Below are positions 17,927 to 28,430 of a DNA stretch of 64,000 bases, piece by piece. Every line of letters starts with the position of its first letter. The first letter of the stretch is position 1. Origin of the DNA: a bacterium. GTDB taxonomy: Bacteria > Hydrothermota > UBA3073 > JACQXS01 > JAGMCI01. The position numbers were made by a program, and so were the translations under genes. The notes below the pieces were generated by a model that saw nothing but the letters and a program-made list of their open reading frames with translations, was not told the origin of the DNA and searched no databases. The stretch is from the NCBI GenBank assembly GCA_030018315.1, contig JASEGA010000003.1:7246-71245 (forward strand), given 5' to 3'.

Positions 17927-19618
17927 TTATCTGTGTTCATCAGCGTTTATCTGTGGTTTCAACCTATCAAGAGTAACCTCAACTGGTGGGAAGCTACAAA
18001 TACCATCATCAACAATCAACTCAAAAATAGACCTCGTCTCAGGTAATTCTGTAGGAATAACGGAAACGCCGGTAGGCACTCTATTGCTTATATTTACTTT
18101 AAGAGGACCCATTTTTTTTGTATTAGATTTCAAAATTATTGTGTCTTTTTCCTTAACTCTTAACTTCTCCGCATTAACTGGGTTAACCTTAACTTGAGGT
18201 ATAACCTCTTGCGGTTCTTTCCAGTTGGATTCAAATAAACCTCTAAACCCATAAGCAGGCTTCTCACCAATAAGATATAATTTATCAGGTTTTTTGCGCT
18301 CTGAAAAAGGAGGTATCCTATTTAAACTATTTAAAATTTTGGAAACTTCAATCTCCTTTTTATATGGGTTTTGAGGCTCTCCGGTGAGCTTAATAGACAA
18401 TTCTGTAGCCAAGCTGTTAACAATGGATTCAACAGTTTTTGTCCCACTCATTGGCTCAATAACTGGGCATATTTTCCTATTACCCAATACAGTTGAGATT
18501 GTGCCGAATTTCTCAAGATTTAAAGCAGCTGGCAAGAATAAGCCGGGCAAGTCTTTAATATTTTTATCATCTGGGTAAAAAGTTGCTGTTGAGACAAGTA
18601 AGTTAAGTTTCTTTAAAGCAGGATAAACTTGAGGATAATAAAATGGGAATAGCTCACCAAAATTTAAAAGCACTTTAACTTCGTGGCCCTGAATTTTTTC
18701 CAAAATTTCACCAAATTCAAGTTTCCCACATCCGACTACTGATTCGCTAAGAGGTAAGAATCTCTTGTCATTTGAAAGTAGTGATATAAAGTATTGTAAC
18801 GCACCTGAAAACAGGAGTGGGTCAATAACTCTACCAAATGCTGTACCCGCAATGACTACACCCTTTTGTGCTTCATTCAACGATTTAGCTACAGATTCTA
18901 ATACTGAGTGAGAAACTCCAATCTTATCAAAAAGAGAAAGCTGATGAGAGAAGACTTCAACCTGCTTACCAGAAACAATATTTGACATCTCAAGTACAGC
19001 AATAGGCTCATCACCAGGTGCTACCTGTATAAATGTATCAGCAAAGCCAGCAGTATAAGTGCATACGGAATCAATTACAAAAATACGATTATTGCGGTCT
19101 TTATATCTTGCATCAAGAATAGGTTTAGAGATGATTGGAAACTGGCTGAATATATCGCCTACAATCAAAAATACCTGTGATTCACTCACATCATCAAGAG
19201 TTGCTGTTTTTACTCTATGTAGCAAATAATTAAAATAAAATTCAGGTTCAATGTAGCTTGATGCAAGATTTTCAATTCCTAACGCTTTGCCAAATTCAAA
19301 AACAAGTGAGTATTCTTCAAGTGTAAGATTTGTATCAAATGTAATCGCAATCGGAGGTACGTTTTTCCTTTTTAATACTTTAGCAATTTTCTTAAATGCT
19401 TCAGTCCACGAGATTTTTTTACCATCCTCTATTGGTGATGTAATCCGGTTTGGGTGGTCAAGATATAGGGCTGCCCCATTGCCACGAGGACATAATCTGC
19501 CATCATTAGGCTTACTCCCCTTAATATATTCAACTTTTATCCTTGTAGCATCAGCTACAATTCCAAGTTCACACCCAAGTACACAAAATGGGCAAATAGT
19601 CTTATTAACCACCATCAT
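17927..19618 (-). CDS. Molybdopterin oxidoreductase family protein, formate dehydrogenase alpha-like (563 aa)
   Basis: N-terminal CPFCVLGC...C [4Fe-4S] motif. The MGD-binding-like VIDSVCTYTAGFAD segment. Shorter than FdhH, and the catalytic Cys/Sec is not identified. Confidence 0.65.
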   Translation of the reverse strand: MMVVNKTICPFCVLGCELGIVADATRIKVEYIKGSKPNDGRLCPRGNGAALYLDHPNRITSPIEDGKKISWTEAFKKIAKVLKRKNVPPIAITFDTNLTLEEYSLVFEFGKALGIENLASSYIEPEFYFNYLLHRVKTATLDDVSESQVFLIVGDIFSQFPIISKPILDARYKDRNNRIFVIDSVCTYTAGFADTFIQVAPGDEPIAVLEMSNIVSGKQVEVFSHQLSLFDKIGVSHSVLESVAKSLNEAQKGVVIAGTAFGRVIDPLLFSGALQYFISLLSNDKRFLPLSESVVGCGKLEFGEILEKIQGHEVKVLLNFGELFPFYYPQVYPALKKLNLLVSTATFYPDDKNIKDLPGLFLPAALNLEKFGTISTVLGNRKICPVIEPMSGTKTVESIVNSLATELSIKLTGEPQNPYKKEIEVSKILNSLNRIPPFSERKKPDKLYLIGEKPAYGFRGLFESNWKEPQEVIPQVKVNPVNAEKLRVKEKDTIILKSNTKKMGPLKVNISNRVPTGVSVIPTELPETRSIFELIVDDGICSFPPVEVTLDRLKPQINADEHR

Positions 19619-19621
19619 TAG

Positions 19622-20520
19622 ATTTTATTGTGAATAGTTGTTTTTGTCAAATAAAAATGGTGGCAATAAATTGGGAAGCGATAGATCAAATGACTTTAGC
19701 CAGAACCTCTGATAAAATACCTGCCTGCCGTCGGGCATGGTTGGTAAAATGAGGGACTGGCGATGAACGAGAGCGATTTTATTTACCATATGAGAGTGAA
19801 AATATTTGAAGAAGCTGATAAACAGGAGACTTCTATAGTTTCTCTTTGTAGGAGGTATCATGTGAGTAGGAAATGGTTTTATCTGCAGAACTCGTGAGAA
19901 GAAATATCATTGTTGGGCATACTGGGATTTACAATGTTTTGCGAAGGAGGGGACTAAATACAGCAAAAAAGCGGTTGGAATGGGTAAGAAAATTAAATGG
20001 AGAAATTGTGACTCTTGATGAACTTGCCAGAGATAAAGAGAAATCTAAAACGAACCATATAGAAGCAACTTATCCGGGGCAGTTAGTGAGTGAGAATACT
20101 TTCTATATTGGTTGCTTGTGATTGTTTTTCTTCTTTTGGTGCTGCGAAGATTTATGCTAACAAGACCGCGGATACTTCCTGTGATTTTGTGGGAAACCAT
20201 CTTATCAAAAAATTCACAGGAGTGAGAATAGAAAGACTTCTTACAGACTGTGGGACAGAATATACAACTTGGCATGAGTCTGCAAAGCCAAACCATAAGT
20301 TTGAGAAAATGTGTCATAGGCTTGGGGTTCGGCATACTACTACCAAAGTGAGGCATCCATGGACCAACGGTTATGTTGAGAGGTTAAACAAAACTCTCTT
20401 AGATGAATTTATGGACGATTATAACTATAGAAGGACCCATCAGGGGTATAAGTTAAAGGAAAATGGCTACAATATACCAGCTGAGGCACATTTATCAAAA
20501 AACCTAAAAAAGACTTGACA
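19622..20520 (+). mobile_element. Decayed IS481-family insertion sequence (transposase split by frameshifts and stops)
   Basis: HTH fragment MNESDFIYHMRV..., then the rve integrase core LTDCGTEYTT...HPWTNGYVERLNKTL...YNYRRTHQG, spread across at least 3 frames. Confidence 0.55.
20090..20518 (+). pseudogene. IS481-like transposase, integrase-core fragment
   Basis: rve-domain DDE region without a cognate N-terminus in the same frame. Confidence 0.55.
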
Positions 20521-20715
20521 AAGGAGGTGAGAGGCGATAAAATAGGAACAGATAAGATGATTCGTGGAATGCTGTGCAGAAGTAGAGGGGAGGTGATAGA
20601 AAAAACAATCCTTAGAGGAGGGAATAATTTTACCGGAAGAGGAAGTGAAAAAGAGGAGGTTCTGGCATGTCAATTTGTAACCATATCTTAAAGCCAGGAC
20701 ATAGGGAGGTGTGGA

Positions 20716-23700
20716 ATGGAACGAAGGTTTTGGTTCATTTTAGCAGTATCAACAGTTATTGGGTCTAGTGTATACGGTCAGTTTGTATCGATTGATGGAT
20801 TTGATGACCCACCCGGTAATGGCTATTTTGTGAAGGATTCTGTATGGGTAACAGGGATTGCTGATTTCTCAGCTGTAGATAAAAATGTGCAATGGGTGAT
20901 GGTAAGATTCAGGAGGGTAGATAATTCCTGGCTTGGTGCATGGCGGCCTGCCTCTCCAACTGATGGTCATTTCGATGAAGAAGTTGAGAGCTGGTATATA
21001 AATCTACCTATGGATGATACACCATTTCCAAGTGATGGCACCGAATATGTGATAGATGCATGGGCATGGGCTGGAGGCTGGCCTGGTAGCTCTGCCTCAA
21101 CCACCTATCAGCCGAGTGGTAATCTCAAGTTAGACCGAACAGAGCCCTCTACAACTATCACTATACCACAAGATACGAGTTGGGTCAATCAAGCATTTAC
21201 TATACAGGGGACAGCCACCGATAATCTTTCAGGAATCTATTATATTGAAATAACTATTGTAAGAGTATCAGATGCTACAATCTTAGTAAATCACCAACTT
21301 GTCTCCTATAGTGGTACCCCCACGGCTCGTACCTGGAAGTATACCTGGATAGTCCCTACCGATGACCCAGACAGGACAAGATACAGGATTACCATTGAGG
21401 TATGGGATGATGCCCGCTTTGACCCTTATGGTAATACCTCATCTGAATACAGGTCTGCCAATTACGCAACCCATACCATAGTAGTAAATAAAGATGATAC
21501 GGCCCCGACTTCAACTATTCTAACCCCACCCAACGGAGATACAATTACAGGCACTATTCGGCTAACTGGAATATCCGATGACAATGATATGGCAGGTGTA
21601 GCCTTAGTTGAGATAAACACGAGCGATGGCACTGGTTGGAAAGTAGTTCACCCATTATCAACCCCTGGTCAATACACAAACTGGTATTATGACTGGAATG
21701 CTGGCTTTTTGACTGATGGCAATTATACAATTCAAACACGTGCCTACGATAATTCACTCCCGCCTAATATAGAATCTTTGGGGCCAGGTATGACTCTGCA
21801 TGTCGACAATACTGCACCCACCTGGGTAGCTTTAAAGGGTCAAGATGGGGATGTAGTCTATCACAATGGGGAAACTGTGACCCTCCTTGCAACATTAGAT
21901 GCACCCGGCTACTTGTTGACTTGTGACTTTAGCAAATTAGATAACCAATGGATAGAAGGCAGTGAACAATTTACTGATAATGGTGATAACACTTATACAA
22001 TTGTGTATAGGATTAGTGAATCTAACACCCAATTGAATGGAACTTATACAATAACTGCAACTGCAAAAGACTTTGCCGGTCGTGTAACTTCAAAAACAGT
22101 TAATCTTGAACTTAGCAACAGTGGCCCTAATATTCAAAATTGCTTAGTTGAGTATCCATTTGGTCAGACAGCCGTCCGTTTATCTCAAAATATAAAAATA
22201 ACTTCTTTAGTCACCGCTACCGATGCTCCTCTAAATCCTGACTCCATCTGGGTAGATGGCACAAGTCTTAATGATATGGCTTTCATAAGAATGTGGGATG
22301 ATGGCACCCATGGTGACGCTGTAGCTGGTGATAATGTATATACGAGTGACATAACAATCTTATCCGATTCCACTGGCGTTGTGGAGTTCACTCTTCATGC
22401 AGCTGATGTGATACCTAATTTTTCATCTAGGACTGGCAAAGTAGTTCTTGACAATACCTCTCCAAAGCATAGATTGACCTGGTGTGGAGATGCTGATAAG
22501 ATATACAAAAATACTGATAGAGTTACAATTGGCACAAAATGGGATGGAATAGATTATCTGGTAACCGCTAACTTCAGTAATCTTGATTCTAATTATGAGC
22601 CTGGAATGGAGCAGGTCACAAATAATGGTGATAGCACTTATACCATTGTGTATATCATAAGCTATTGGAATACAACAGCTGATGCCTCTTCCATTCTAAT
22701 ACCTGTAACTGCTTGGGATGCGGTTGGTAATGGACCTGTGATAGACTCTTCTTATACTGTAGCACTTTATAATTCATCTAAGCCTGTTACAGTTACTAAT
22801 CCTGAAGCTGGTGCCTATGTAAAGGAAGATGCTATGGTTGAGTGTACGTGTCCTGATGTAACCTGTGCTGTCCATTTTCAGGTATCTCCTGATTCAATCC
22901 ACTGGTATAACCTAAGTGGGACACCTGATACTTCTACAATAGATTCAGATGGTGGTAATGGGTGGAATGCAATCTGGCATACTCAATTATTTGAGGACGG
23001 TCCATATTATATTTTTGCTAAAGCATATGATGAAAATGGTTATCTAATTGCAACTGGTTCATTGTATGAGACCGTCATAGTGGACAACACTCCACCAACT
23101 CTAAAAATTAGTATATCACCATTACCTCAAAATGGTGACTCTACCAATGGCGAGGTATATGTAGACGAAATTCTACTTAAAGGAGTTCATTCAGACTTAA
23201 CAAGTGGTGTAGAGAAGCTAATAATCGAGGTTAAGAATGATAGTGGTGACAATATAAATAACAGTCCAATTTTAATTCCAGCCAGTGACAGTACATTCTC
23301 GAGGTGCATCAATCTAATTGAAGGCAACAATTATATAACAGTGACTGCTTTTGATAAGATTGAGAATACCTATACTGACTCATCCTTTCTCACTTACATC
23401 TCGCCCGCCGTATCAAAAGAGATTGGCCCCGAAGGTGGTACAATTGAAGCCCCTGATGGCGCAATGCTCATAATACCCCCAAATGCGCTCCTAAGGGATA
23501 CAAAAATATCTATAAAACCTGTTCCAGCCAATGAACTTACCCCATGTTCTGATCCTGCGGTTACATTACTCAGGGTAGCGCATAATTTTACCCCTGATGG
23601 TCTTATCTTTCATAAACCAGTAACAATGATTCTTCCTTATACTGAGGCTAACTTAGATTTAGATCAAGATGGTAAGCCCAACTATCCTGAAGACTCTTTA

Positions 23701-24138
23701 TCTGTCTTCTTCTTTGATGGTATAGAGTGGCTTAAGGTGGGCGAGCCTGATAGAGATCCAGTAAATAATACTCTTACTATAGATGTAAATCACTTTACTG
23801 TGTTTGATTTGGGGGTAGATAGGAAAATTTTACCTACAAGTCTTAAAGTAGGCTTGACCAAGAATCCATTTATTCCAAAAGAAGGTACCACCATCTGGTT
23901 TTCGCTCCCAGAGCCTGGCATTGTCACTTTGGAGATATACGATTTGGCAGGTGATATTGTGGCAACAATTGTAAGAGAAAAAGAGTTTAGGGCAGGTGAA
24001 AATTCTCTCAGGTGGGATGGGTTATCCGATTTTGGTAGATGGGTAGGGAGTGGAATTTATGTCTATGTGTTGGAATACAAGAGTATTAGTAGGAAGAATG
24101 ACGCTATCATAAAGAAACCAATTGGGGTGATGAAATAG
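20716..24138 (+). CDS. Large secreted Ig-like/beta-rich surface protein with T9SS C-terminal sorting domain
   Basis: Signal peptide. Repeated domains. C-terminal LEIYDLAGDIV...WDG...GIYVYVL resembles the Por secretion CTD. Confidence 0.75.
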   Translation: MERRFWFILAVSTVIGSSVYGQFVSIDGFDDPPGNGYFVKDSVWVTGIADFSAVDKNVQWVMVRFRRVDNSWLGAWRPASPTDGHFDEEVESWYINLPMDDTPFPSDGTEYVIDAWAWAGGWPGSSASTTYQPSGNLKLDRTEPSTTITIPQDTSWVNQAFTIQGTATDNLSGIYYIEITIVRVSDATILVNHQLVSYSGTPTARTWKYTWIVPTDDPDRTRYRITIEVWDDARFDPYGNTSSEYRSANYATHTIVVNKDDTAPTSTILTPPNGDTITGTIRLTGISDDNDMAGVALVEINTSDGTGWKVVHPLSTPGQYTNWYYDWNAGFLTDGNYTIQTRAYDNSLPPNIESLGPGMTLHVDNTAPTWVALKGQDGDVVYHNGETVTLLATLDAPGYLLTCDFSKLDNQWIEGSEQFTDNGDNTYTIVYRISESNTQLNGTYTITATAKDFAGRVTSKTVNLELSNSGPNIQNCLVEYPFGQTAVRLSQNIKITSLVTATDAPLNPDSIWVDGTSLNDMAFIRMWDDGTHGDAVAGDNVYTSDITILSDSTGVVEFTLHAADVIPNFSSRTGKVVLDNTSPKHRLTWCGDADKIYKNTDRVTIGTKWDGIDYLVTANFSNLDSNYEPGMEQVTNNGDSTYTIVYIISYWNTTADASSILIPVTAWDAVGNGPVIDSSYTVALYNSSKPVTVTNPEAGAYVKEDAMVECTCPDVTCAVHFQVSPDSIHWYNLSGTPDTSTIDSDGGNGWNAIWHTQLFEDGPYYIFAKAYDENGYLIATGSLYETVIVDNTPPTLKISISPLPQNGDSTNGEVYVDEILLKGVHSDLTSGVEKLIIEVKNDSGDNINNSPILIPASDSTFSRCINLIEGNNYITVTAFDKIENTYTDSSFLTYISPAVSKEIGPEGGTIEAPDGAMLIIPPNALLRDTKISIKPVPANELTPCSDPAVTLLRVAHNFTPDGLIFHKPVTMILPYTEANLDLDQDGKPNYPEDSLSVFFFDGIEWLKVGEPDRDPVNNTLTIDVNHFTVFDLGVDRKILPTSLKVGLTKNPFIPKEGTTIWFSLPEPGIVTLEIYDLAGDIVATIVREKEFRAGENSLRWDGLSDFGRWVGSGIYVYVLEYKSISRKNDAIIKKPIGVMK

Positions 24139-24163
24139 TAAACCTAATAACCAGGAGGTCAAG

Positions 24164-25015
24164 ATGTGTAGAATAATTTCGGTCTTTTTTTGTTTCTTTA
24201 CAGGTATGGTATCTCTCTTTGCAGCGCCTATCGAGATTGGTATTGGGGCCAAATCACAAGGTATGGGTGGTGCATTTGTAGGTATAGCAAATGATGCCAG
24301 TGCCACCTACTGGAATCCTGCTGGATTATTGTGGACAAAATCAGGTGAAGCCCGCTTTATGCACTGGATATTATCTGATGTTCCAGGCATAGGTGTAGAT
24401 TGGTTTTCATTAATCCATCCAGATGGTTGGGGTATAAGCTGGCTCCGAAAGGGGGCAACCCTTGAGCAAGGTAAAGATAATGTTATTAAAACCTCAATGG
24501 CAGAGAATACTTATTCCGTCTCTTATGGAGTTCGTCTTCTAAAGATATTGAGTATAGGGATAACAGCTAACAGATTTTCAATTAACTCTGATATTAGTGG
24601 TGCGTCTGGATTTGGCTGTAATGTAGGAATTTTGTATATCCCTATACCTCGCTATCCATTTCAGGCTGGCTTCCTTATACGAAACATAAGTGCAAATATT
24701 GGAGACGAAAATTTTCCCACCACTTACAGGATAGGGGTTTCCGGTAGAGTTATAGAGAATCTAACTTTAGCACTTGACTTAAGCACTAAACATGGAGTAA
24801 ATAGGGCAAATCGTACCATAATTCACTATTTTGGAGGACTTGAATGGCAAATTGTTCCCCAATTTGCACTCCGCGTTGGTAACAATGATAATAACCCCAT
24901 TAATGTAGGATTTGGCTTTGAGCTAGGTAAAGTGCTCCTTGACTACGCATACTCAAGTATGAAGGAAGGCGGTCTTACTAATTCTCACAGGATAGAACTT
25001 GGGTACAGGTTTTAA
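24164..25015 (+). CDS. Outer-membrane beta-barrel protein (FadL/PorV/PorP-like), probable partner of upstream T9SS cargo
   Basis: Signal peptide. GMGGAFVGIANDASATYWNPAGL motif. C-terminal ...LGYRF aromatic terminus. Confidence 0.5.
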   Translation: MCRIISVFFCFFTGMVSLFAAPIEIGIGAKSQGMGGAFVGIANDASATYWNPAGLLWTKSGEARFMHWILSDVPGIGVDWFSLIHPDGWGISWLRKGATLEQGKDNVIKTSMAENTYSVSYGVRLLKILSIGITANRFSINSDISGASGFGCNVGILYIPIPRYPFQAGFLIRNISANIGDENFPTTYRIGVSGRVIENLTLALDLSTKHGVNRANRTIIHYFGGLEWQIVPQFALRVGNNDNNPINVGFGFELGKVLLDYAYSSMKEGGLTNSHRIELGYRF

Positions 25016-25306
25016 CTTAATAAGAAAATAGGCAGTTGGATCTCATTGTAGGTATACCTTCTTTTTGTGAAGCTGACGCCATTGGCTTTAAAAGGTTATG
25101 TCAGTAATTTTGTGTAAACTTGTCCTGATGAAAGGTCAGGATTCAACATAACCTTCCTTTCCCATAAATTCAAAACCTTCTCTTTGCTAGGGTGGATTAG
25201 CCCTGAACTATAAGTCCCCGCTCTCTTATCCTACATCACCCCCTTTTTGCAAAATCCTTCCACCATAGACGAAACAACCTAAAACTGAAACTATCTTAAT
25301 AATAAA

Positions 25307-25738
25307 TTGAATCCTCTACCTGTCAAGAAAAAAATTGGGCTCTGTCCCATTGTCGTGTCCACAAATTTAAGGTGTGGAAATAAGAAAGTAGTAAAGTTTT
25401 ATAATAAATGGGGCACCTGTGAACAATGGATAAAAGAAGGCAAGTATGCGTTAAACTGGACGCAGTTATCATGCCAGAAGTTTGTGGAGAACGAGGGTAG
25501 GCTGAAGTTATTTATCCTGGCATATAATCTGGGTAATTTCTTAAGGACACTCGTGTTACCTGATGGGATAAAACATTGGTCGTTAAGAACAATTCAGTTA
25601 AAGCTGATAAAGCTCGGTGCGAGATTAATAAGGCATGCCCGATATTACTGTCTATTATTAGCTGAGTCTTGTATCAGTGAGAGGCTATTTTCTTGCTTGA
25701 TGCGTAATATCAAGCGACTTTGTCCTGCGACCGGGTGA
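25307..25738 (+). pseudogene. IS4/IS5-type DDE transposase C-terminal fragment
   Basis: ...WTQLSCQKFVENEGRLKLFILAYNLGNFLR... matches the conserved C-terminal region of DDE_Tnp_1 transposases. The N-terminus is missing. Confidence 0.5.
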
Positions 25739-25799
25739 ACTTGTTAGTTTCAGGAAAAGATGGTTGGTTAGTTTGACAAAAAACACGGAGGAGTATTGT

Positions 25800-26009
25800 C
25801 TAAAAAGGCTTACCTGCACCATATGAATAAGTGGAGCCTACAATGATATAACCGCCATCAGCTGTCTGTTTGATTAAGCGTCCTTCATCACTATAAGGGC
25901 CGCCAAATGTCCTTGTCCATAGTGTATCACCACCTGTGTCCGTCTTTATAAGCCATATATCCTTTATATATATATGAGCCCGGCAAAGAAATAACCTAAT
26001 AAAAGCCAA
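25800..26009 (-). pseudogene. Fragment of a beta-propeller repeat protein (paralog of 28772-29500)
   Basis: [39 protein letters not shown] repeats. No N- or C-terminus. Confidence 0.4.
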
Positions 26010-26104
26010 GGTGCCATCTCTAATAGTAAGCTCAAGGACTCAATTAAGATACCTTTTATTTCATTGATGTAGACAGAAAACTCATTTTATTTATAACGAC
26101 CATT

Positions 26105-27601
26105 TTAATAACGGATGTAAAAAGCTAATAAGCTAGCTAACCAGAAAAACAGAAGTGAAGTCACAAGTTTTATAGACACAGCATGCTTTCTCCAGAATAG
26201 GGTCAAATTTATAGATGTCGTCCCTCTATATGATGCAGTAAATACAATTGCTAATGGAAGGATAAATCCAAAGTTGTATAAAAATAAATAAGCTAATCCT
26301 TTTAGCTTGAGTGAAGACGACTTGACCACAAACAGGATAGTAGGTAGGTAAACTTGACCCGTACATACAAATTCACATATAGATATAAGAAAACCAATAA
26401 TTGCAGCTGATAGAATATAACTTCGCATCTCCATCTTTTGACGGATGATATCATCTATCCTTTTCTTAAAAAATTTAGGTAATTTCAGTTTGGCTTCTTC
26501 ATAGTTACCGGCTCTTAGTTTAAAGTAATCGTAGATACTTAACCCGCCAAATACTACAGCTAAAATTGCTGTTATAGAAAAAATTGCCTTCCGGAATATT
26601 GGGATAAACTCGCAATTTCTTATAAACTGAAATATTCCCATACCAATAAGAAAGTATGTAATAAACACAGAAGAAGTAAAAGTTATACCTGCTAATAGTA
26701 ACTCCTTGCCCTTTTTACCAATAAATGATAGAAATGATATGAATAGAACAACTGTAGCAATAGCACACGGATTTACTCCATCAATTAGACCTGCAAATAT
26801 AACAGTTAAAACACCCATCGTATTAAACCTGTCCCTGATATCTATTTCAGATTTATCTTTAACCTCTTTAGCTTCTTCCCAGGGTATTTTTGTCCCACTT
26901 ATTTTGTATTTTTCAATAAGGTCTATTATCTTTTTTCTGTTAATCTCTTTACCTATCAAAAATTCCTCTCCAATAAAAACTGCTGGAGTGACAAGTCTTC
27001 TCTTTTTTGGTACATTGTATAATTGGCACAAGGCTTCGTTTAGCTTTTTATTCTCTATGTCTCCAATATCAAACTTTTTAATTGTAAGATTGGTATACTT
27101 ACTCTCTAAGTATTTTAGTTCATAATTTATCCTATCGCATTCTCTACACATTTTTTTATAAAAGTAGGCTATATATATCATCTTTGCAGTTGTATCTTGA
27201 GTAGGAACAGCTCTTTTCATTTCTATCTCAGGGAACTCGCACCCCGTCTCTCTATACCGCTGAATTATCTTTTCTAAATTCTTCTTTATCTCCTTATCAC
27301 CACCAAGTATATATTCTCCAACAACTACAACAGGAATTTCATTATTTGTATCTTTGTACTTTTCTTCAAGTCTTACCAGCAGTTCATAGTTATTAGGTTC
27401 AGTGATTTCAAAAGATTTCATATTAAGATTATATTTTTGTTTAAGTGGTGTAATAATCTTTTTAATCACTTCTTGACAATACTTACAATCCTCTGAATAA
27501 AAGAAATAAAACTTTATCTCAGGGGACTGTCCCCGGATGGGGACTGTCCCCGTTGTAAAAATAAATGTAAATACTAAATACTTTCTCATCAGTATCTCCA
27601 T
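26105..27601 (-). CDS. Thioredoxin-like domains fused to a CcdA/DsbD-type membrane domain (thiol-disulfide transporter)
   Basis: CKYC and CRECDR motifs N-terminally. The NPCAIATVVLF... TM core is CcdA-like. Carries element D in-frame at 27522-27551. Confidence 0.6.
   Translation of the reverse strand: MEILMRKYLVFTFIFTTGTVPIRGQSPEIKFYFFYSEDCKYCQEVIKKIITPLKQKYNLNMKSFEITEPNNYELLVRLEEKYKDTNNEIPVVVVGEYILGGDKEIKKNLEKIIQRYRETGCEFPEIEMKRAVPTQDTTAKMIYIAYFYKKMCRECDRINYELKYLESKYTNLTIKKFDIGDIENKKLNEALCQLYNVPKKRRLVTPAVFIGEEFLIGKEINRKKIIDLIEKYKISGTKIPWEEAKEVKDKSEIDIRDRFNTMGVLTVIFAGLIDGVNPCAIATVVLFISFLSFIGKKGKELLLAGITFTSSVFITYFLIGMGIFQFIRNCEFIPIFRKAIFSITAILAVVFGGLSIYDYFKLRAGNYEEAKLKLPKFFKKRIDDIIRQKMEMRSYILSAAIIGFLISICEFVCTGQVYLPTILFVVKSSSLKLKGLAYLFLYNFGFILPLAIVFTASYRGTTSINLTLFWRKHAVSIKLVTSLLFFWLASLLAFYIRY
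27522..27551. repeat. Element D: tandem GGGGACTGTCCCC hairpins (GGGGACTGTCCCCGGATGGGGACTGTCCCC) inside a CDS
   Basis: Encodes TGTVPIRGQSP. A related triple copy at 37965-38006 encodes SGTVSIRGQSP. Confidence 0.7.
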
Positions 27602-28389
27602 CTAATTGCATTACGAGGACAGACTCGCTTACATTCTGCACATCTTATACAATCAATATGATTGAGCTCATCGTATGGCTTAATTCCTGTAGGGCATACA
27701 TTAACACATAGACCACAATCATCGCAAAGCTTCTTATCTATGCGTAGCCCAATTAAGCTTATTTTATTGAAAATAGAATATATAGCACCCAAAGGACAGG
27801 TAGTAATACAAAATGGTCGCTTTGAGATTACAAATAGAAACAAAAATATACATAGAATTGCTACTTTAATCACAAAAAGACTGCCTGAGGTCGCACCTCC
27901 AACTAAACTCCTTATCTTTTGACTTGCCAACACTAATGGGACACTAGCTTGCAACGTCCCCTGTGGACACAGTTTTGAAAACCAGTATTCACCAGTAAAA
28001 TAAGGAATAAGAATAGCTACACTAACAAGCCAAATATACTTGAGATATCGACTCCAATTTGGTAGTCTAATCTTAAACGACCTTATTTTATACATCAAAT
28101 CTTGCACTAACCCAAACGGACATATAAAGCCACAAGCCATCCTACCAACTAAAGTGCCAAGTAAACCAAGCCAGCCAATAAGATAGAATGGGAACTGTCT
28201 AATAACTACAAAGTGCTGTAAGGTCCCAATAGGACAGGCAAAGACTGCGAGGGGACAAGAGTAACAATTTAAACTCGGAACACAAAATCCTTTTAACACC
28301 CCTTGATATAGCAACTTACCAGTAAATGCCTGTACATAAGTGTTAGGAATAACAGCACCAAGTATTTGTATTATCCTCCTCTTACTCAT
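27589..28389 (-). CDS. Membrane-bound ferredoxin-type protein (NapH/MauN-like), 2x[4Fe-4S]
   Basis: N-terminal TM helices and C-terminal CDDCGLCVNVCP and CIRCAECKRVCP. Confidence 0.6.
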   Translation of the reverse strand: MSKRRIIQILGAVIPNTYVQAFTGKLLYQGVLKGFCVPSLNCYSCPLAVFACPIGTLQHFVVIRQFPFYLIGWLGLLGTLVGRMACGFICPFGLVQDLMYKIRSFKIRLPNWSRYLKYIWLVSVAILIPYFTGEYWFSKLCPQGTLQASVPLVLASQKIRSLVGGATSGSLFVIKVAILCIFLFLFVISKRPFCITTCPLGAIYSIFNKISLIGLRIDKKLCDDCGLCVNVCPTGIKPYDELNHIDCIRCAECKRVCPRNAIRWRY

Positions 28390-28403
28390 TGTCTCTCTCC
28401 ACT

Positions 28404-28430
28404 CTCATTCTGAGCGAAGCGAAGAATCTC
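28404..28430. repeat. Element CTCATTCTGAGCGAAGCGAAGAATCTC (the GTCATTCTGAGCGAAGCGAAGAATC family)
   Basis: Same family at 41604-41631, 41643-41668, 41682-41700 (reverse), 49451-49474 and 49506-49533 (reverse). Confidence 0.65.

Noticed and set aside
17927-19618. Selenocysteine (in-frame TGA plus SECIS) in the FdhA-like gene
   Set aside because: The ORF is uninterrupted, so any catalytic residue would be Cys. I could not locate the catalytic-loop motif confidently, hence the non-committal product name.
20716-24138. Reading the 1140-aa protein as an S-layer or adhesin with a specific function
   Set aside because: Only the signal peptide, repeated beta-rich domains and the T9SS C-terminal domain are supportable from sequence. 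The specific function is unknown.
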